Below are positions 59,301 to 64,000 of a stretch of DNA of 64,000 nt, one piece after another. The translations under genes and the position numbers were made by a program. Where the stretch lies: contig NIVC01001881.1 in NCBI GenBank assembly GCA_002269645.1, forward strand, positions 124,001-188,000, read 5' to 3'. Source of the DNA: Macrostomum lignano (lineage: Eukaryota). The notes under the pieces are model-generated. The model ran no database searches. It was not told the DNA's origin and saw nothing but the letters and a program-made list of their open reading frames with translations. Within the stretch, counting starts at the first letter, position 1; every line of letters starts with the position of its first letter.

Positions 59301-59920
59301 CCACGAGGCTTCCTGTCCTCTCAAAGCCTACAAAGGCAAAAATCCGCCTCCTGGTGGCACCCGGCGCTTGGATCCCTTCGGCGCAAGGCAAATTGCCTCC
59401 AACGGAAAGCTCGCAAGAGCAAGGACCCAGCCGACCTGGCCGCCTATAAAGACGCAATCCGCGACTTTAAGCGTGAAACCAGGAAAGCCAAGTCCGACAA
59501 ATGGCGCCAATGCTGCGCGGAGTAAGAAGGCACCCGCCCTATTTACCGCGTGGTTAAGGCTCTCACCGTCGACAAAATGTCAAAGCTCTCATTTATTAAA
59601 AGACCGGACGGCCGGCTTGCTGAGAACCCTGGGGAATCGCTGGACATCATGCTCACCAGCTCTTTCCCACGTGCCGCACCGCAGCTAGGCCCACCGGGTA
59701 CGTGCCAAGAGCCTGACAAGAGGTTACGGTAGTCTTCATACCCAAACCAGGGAAGGGAGACTATCATATCTGCCAAAGCTTACCGCCGTATCAGTCTGAC
59801 GTCTTTTTTCCTCAAACTGATGGAACGGCTGGTGCTCTGGCGCCTCCTCCTCGTGGAGCAGAAGAACTCCCCGCTCTCCCCCAATCAGCGCGCCTTTCGT
59901 CCTGGACGCTCCATCGAAAG
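56378..59920 (+). mobile_element. Decayed non-LTR retrotransposon (APE endonuclease/RT LINE, R1/LOA/I-like), 3'-truncated
   Basis: ORF1 spans 56963 to about 58330 with an in-frame stop at 57563-57565. ORF2 has APE motifs LQLNLHH, QEPW, ASIYIP, AGDVNAHH..WGS...RGEEL, PTFDN, LDVT and SDHR across frameshifts. RT starts at IPKPGK...RISLTSFFLKLMERL...NQRAFRPGRS and then stops abruptly. Confidence 0.9.
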
Positions 59921-60688
59921 TGTAAGTCAAGTAAGTATGGGGGGATTTCTGAGTTGTCAAGGCTCATATGGGAAATCGTTGAAATGTCAGGGCTCACGGG
60001 GGCAATTACTGAGATGTCAATTAAGGCTCATGCGAAATTTCTGAAATGTCAAGACTAATGAAGGAATTGCTGAGATGTCAAGGCTGAGAGGTCAGAAGCT
60101 ATGTGTATTATAATGTACTGTGTAGTTTATCCAATTTTTTATCCCATTCTTTGCTGCCTCCCAAGTGGGGGGCGCTGATTGCTAGTCCACTTTACTAAAA
60201 ATGAAGCACGAACGAAGATGCCAGTGAAAGACAAACTTTTCATATCTGATACATTTGTTTAAGTTCTTTAGTAATCAGTTGGAAAACAAATATTTAATTA
60301 GGATGCTTGAAATCATGCGCTGGCTTGTCCTTAGAATTCGTATACAAAATAAATTATAAATTTTGGCACAACAAATAATTTTCTATTAAATAAAGCATAA
60401 TGTCTTATCTTATTACATGTAAGCAAAACAAACAAGTCAATGAAATATTTTTAAATACGCAAAACGCATACACTTTACGAGTATAGTCGCTGTAAGTATA
60501 TGCCTTTTTATTTTTTAAAACTATACCCCAATTTTTAATTTTAATTGTATTTAAAGTTCTAGAGATAACACAACCAGCTCATTAAATGGAAAGCATTGTG
60601 AAAAATAAACAGTTGGTTTTTGAGAAATTAGTAAGTCAGTCAGTCTAATTTACTGAGTAAATGTACATTATTTTGACTTATTTTATAC

Positions 60689-60905
60689 CAGGGTTGGCAA
60701 ACTCCGGCCCGCTAAAGGTTCATGTCTCCTCTCAGCTCCCTTCTCTACAATCTGCTCTCCTTTTTCATCTCTCTTCTTCTCTCGTCCTATTTTCTCCTTT
60801 ATTCCCTTGTTTCTCCTTTCTCCCCTCCTCTGGCTGCTTGCAGACATGCGCTGGATTTTCTACAAGGTGTGTTACCCTAGAGGTATTAAAGGTTACCGAC
60901 CCCTG
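60689..60905. mobile_element. hAT-type MITE with CT-rich interior (copy 3, opposite orientation)
   Basis: TIR-like ends CAGGGTTGGCAAAC ... GGTTACCGACCCCTG; similar to copies 1 and 2. Confidence 0.6.
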
Positions 60906-61267
60906 ATTTGTATAAAGCTAAGTACAGCATGTAGGTACATGTACATGCACCTACGCGTAAGGCGTACAGTCCGAACGGATAATGTGAAGTCGGTTAGAGA
61001 TATACCTATCTTATTAAAGTTACACTTGAAATACTGTGCAGCAAATTATTTACAGTCCGAATAAAGATTAGGTCACGATAATTCAAGACAGTTACGTAAA
61101 GTATTCAACGGTCGGGTGGGATACGCTACGACATATACTGTATACGTGTATGTTTGTGTTGATACTTCAGAAACCATAATAGTTGTTTTATTTAAATTTG
61201 AAAGCTAAACATTGGCAAAGCTAATATAATGTGAAAGTAACTTTAGTAGCCAAAATATTAAAGCATA

Positions 61268-61981
61268 TCACGCGTCAGCGGCTACTTCTAATATAAATAA
61301 CAATAATCTACCTAATCGAACCAATAACTGGTATAACAATGAACCTAGTGTTTCTGATTGACCATTATTATCATTGTTATTATTATCCGATTGCGACGTG
61401 AATATAGACTTTTGCCTGCGACTGTCAAAAGCTCCGCTCATAAAATCATCATAGTCGTCTACAGAGCCGCCAGACTGCGACTCAATTTGATTTCGAATCC
61501 GACTGTACTCATCTAACAGTGTATCGTGTTTATACAACTCCAATAAGAAGGTGGAATTATCGCTACTCTGAGGCGAAGCGTAGATCAACACGGATATTGG
61601 CGGCTTTAATTCTTCCGGCACAAACACCAAGTCAAGTGAGAAGTTCTCACTTTTGAGGTCATAATCGTCTGGCGTGGGGGACCGACCGTAGCTGGATACG
61701 TAAATATCAGCATCGCCGACATCTGATCGAAGCACAAATAACAGAGGCGGCTGATAATCAAATCTGAACAAGTAGCCTTTGCCGCTATCTAAATTGCCGT
61801 TGTGTTGCCGAACTAATCGACCAGTATTGAGCAGGTATTGAGCAAAGCCCTCCGTCATTATGTAAGTGGCCGCGGCGCAACCAACGCTTATAGATAATAC
61901 AGCAACGATCAGTATAGAAATTATTGGAAGAAGAAAAAGCAGCGACAAAGGCTGCCAGGACAATAGACGCCCAAGCCGCAT
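61268..61981 (-). CDS. C6orf120: UPF0669 / C6orf120 homolog, single exon, 237 aa
   Basis: Hydrophobic N-terminus, core LRSDVGDADIYVS...PTPDDYDLKS...P.....PISVLIYASP, and a hydrophobic C-terminal helix, matching the family pattern from memory. Confidence 0.8.
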   Translation of the reverse strand: MRLGRLLSWQPLSLLFLLPIISILIVAVLSISVGCAAATYIMTEGFAQYLLNTGRLVRQHNGNLDSGKGYLFRFDYQPPLLFVLRSDVGDADIYVSSYGRSPTPDDYDLKSENFSLDLVFVPEELKPPISVLIYASPQSSDNSTFLLELYKHDTLLDEYSRIRNQIESQSGGSVDDYDDFMSGAFDSRRQKSIFTSQSDNNNNDNNGQSETLGSLLYQLLVRLGRLLLFILEVAADA

Positions 61982-62112
61982 GCTTGCAACGGTACCCTGA
62001 GAACACTGGCGATCTTTCCTGACAGTATCTGAGCTATGCTGTTGTTTGAGGCTGATTTAGTATCGAACAATATCGTGCCACTTCGTTGGCAGCTTGCATC
62101 GGGAATAAGCAT

Positions 62113-62466
62113 TGAGGAAACATATTTCAACCTTGAAAACACCGATTTTCACAGCAGCAATAGGGTTTTACACTTACTGAGCTGGGCTTAAGCTTAGGCT
62201 ATACTCAGCAACAGAAAACCCCCTTCTCTCAACTGACTCTGTCACGCGGACAAAAGTGAAGTAATGCTGAGGCAGACCCTATTTTGAATGAGGAAACATA
62301 TTTCAACCTTGAAAACACCGATTTTCACAGCAGCAATAGGGTTTTACACTTACTGAGCTGGGCTTAAGCTTAGGCTATACTCAGCAACAGAAAACCCCCT
62401 TCTCTCAACTGACTCTGTCACGCGGCACAAAAGTGAAGTAATGCTGAGGCAGACCCTATTTTGAAT
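62113..62466. repeat. Near-perfect 176-bp tandem duplication containing a hairpin
   Basis: Copies start at 62113 and 62289 and differ by one inserted base. Confidence 0.95.
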
Positions 62467-62599
62467 CACCACTACCTACCTTCTTAATTAATTTTTGTTT
62501 GTATTATTGACCACCCTTTGTTTTAATGACCTGCCCCGCGCACCCTTCACCCCGGCTTCACACCTCCGCATTCCGACTAAATAAACAGAAGTTTCTCCC

Positions 62600-63030
62600 G
62601 AATTGTCTATGGCTCGCATGCATCCATGAAACGTTCTATTGAGAAGCTGTGGTAATTGAGAAAAAGAAATTTCTTTGGTACAGTTTTAAAATGCTCTTAA
62701 ATTTTGGCAGGCACTTCAATAGAACAAACGTGAAAGAGAATTTTGAAACACTCCCTCGTACAATGTCTTTAATGCGTCGTTTCAGTATCGTGTGTAGGAA
62801 CCACCACGAGCATGTAAAAGTGCCATCACTTATCAGAGCCACAGTTGATGAGCTCTTCGCTTTACGAAGTCCCAGACATTCTCGATGGGGCTAACTTTGG
62901 TCTGGAGACTTTGACGGCCTGTTTAAAAGTGCAAATCGGGTTGCGCAACATCCTCTCCCAACCGGTTTGCGCTGTCATTTTAGCTTGAAGCGGAGTAGAG
63001 TGTTATCATTTAAGTTGTTCTCATCGGCAG
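62600..63030 (-). pseudogene. Degraded Tc1/mariner transposase C-terminal fragment
   Basis: The minus strand gives RPSKSPD-(frameshift)-PIENVWDFVKRR, matching the WPxxSPDLNPIENxW motif, with a DN motif upstream; stops and frameshifts are present. Confidence 0.6.
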
Positions 63031-63300
63031 GTGTAGCATCTTGTTTTGTTTTATTGTTTAATTGATGAATAAATAAGACGCGTTAATTATCCGCTAACTA
63101 CTCAACCCCAGGCTATACCCACGGAGGACCAAATACTTTCAATGCCAAAATAAGCAAACAAAAAAGCCGATATTAAACACGACTAATTGATTAAGCGTAT
63201 TTATTCAACAGATGATAAATCGGAACAATATTGAATGCGTAATAAAAACCATAAAGCAGAATTTTATGAAGACGTGAGCTTGAAACTAAATCAAAAGTCT

Positions 63301-63519
63301 TTAGACTGCTTCAGTAGGAGCATTGAGCTCTGCGTCAATCAGATGAGCCAGAGCCACAGAGCCAAAAAAGAATGCCGCACCCTTCACAATGGACCATTTC
63401 CACTGCTCAGTGTACCAGCTCAGCACAGATTTTAGCCACGGATGCTTCGGTGGCGGCTGCGGCGGTCCAGCAGAACGAGCTGTTGTCGCCACAGTCGATG
63501 GAGCAGGTGGACGAAACAT
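63301..63519 (-). CDS. TOMM6: TOM6-like mitochondrial outer-membrane translocase subunit, 72 aa
   Basis: ATG at 63519. WLKSVLSWY...SIVKGAAFFFGSVALAHLIDAELNAPTEAV resembles the recalled TOM6 C-terminal anchor (WLRGV..., GAFFVAGVAF, L.AP); the Pro-rich N-terminus fits. Confidence 0.6.
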   Translation of the reverse strand: MFRPPAPSTVATTARSAGPPQPPPKHPWLKSVLSWYTEQWKWSIVKGAAFFFGSVALAHLIDAELNAPTEAV

Positions 63520-64000
63520 GACTTCAATCGAGTGGTTTAATGCACCTGAAAAATAATAAGGCACGAATTTCTTCTACAACGTTTTATTTATGACACCATT
63601 TTTTAGTCCTCAATCCAAGCCATTATTAAATTATGTACACTAAAAACTAAGCTTAATAACTCTATACTAAGCATAACTATTTACTAATATATATTCAAAA
63701 TTGAAGCAATTAGAACTAAAAAATAGTTTGTTTAAAAACACTGATTCAGATTAAGTATTTGATAAACAGTTTCAATGTATTTGATAGTACACAGACATAA
63801 AAAAAACAGATTTCTAAAAATAAACAACACACGCTTTTATTACTACTAACAAAGCAGTAGCAAAAAGACAATTTTTTAACAGTTCAATATATGCTTGGGA
63901 AAGTCAATAATTGCAAGTAAAAAAGAACTCGAGGGTAAGTCTGTACAAAGGACCCAAGAATGTTTTAGGTTTATAACTTTTCATCAGCAGAAATAGAAGA

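Overview
This is eukaryotic (animal) DNA with GT-AG introns; most larger introns are filled by their own distinct mini- or microsatellite. That architecture and a TTAGGG-type repeat suggest a repeat-rich invertebrate such as a Macrostomum-like flatworm (inference). Manual splicing recovers TTLL5 (7 exons, minus), MIX23/CCDC58 (3 exons), HDAC6 (two deacetylase domains plus zf-UBP), a calmodulin-like gene, an intronless classical calpain, a C6orf120/UPF0669 homolog, a TOM6-like gene and a WSC-domain exon. Two apparent tandem repeats are in fact spliced, signal-peptide-bearing secreted polyproteins that the ORF track does not assemble: a neuropeptide-type precursor with 30 KK-flanked copies of WLSDGFRN (43864-42617, minus) and a Tyr/Ser-rich protein split by three KKR sites (55280-54178, minus). 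Mobile DNA includes a 6.46-kb non-autonomous hAT element with an 8-bp TSD carrying satellite arrays, a full-length tRNA-derived SINE with TSD, AG-rich hAT MITEs, a foldback element, a candidate solo LTR, a decayed 3'-truncated LINE and a Tc1 remnant. No CRISPR array, rRNA or intact tRNA was found. All protein similarities are recognised from memory of the families; no database search was run.
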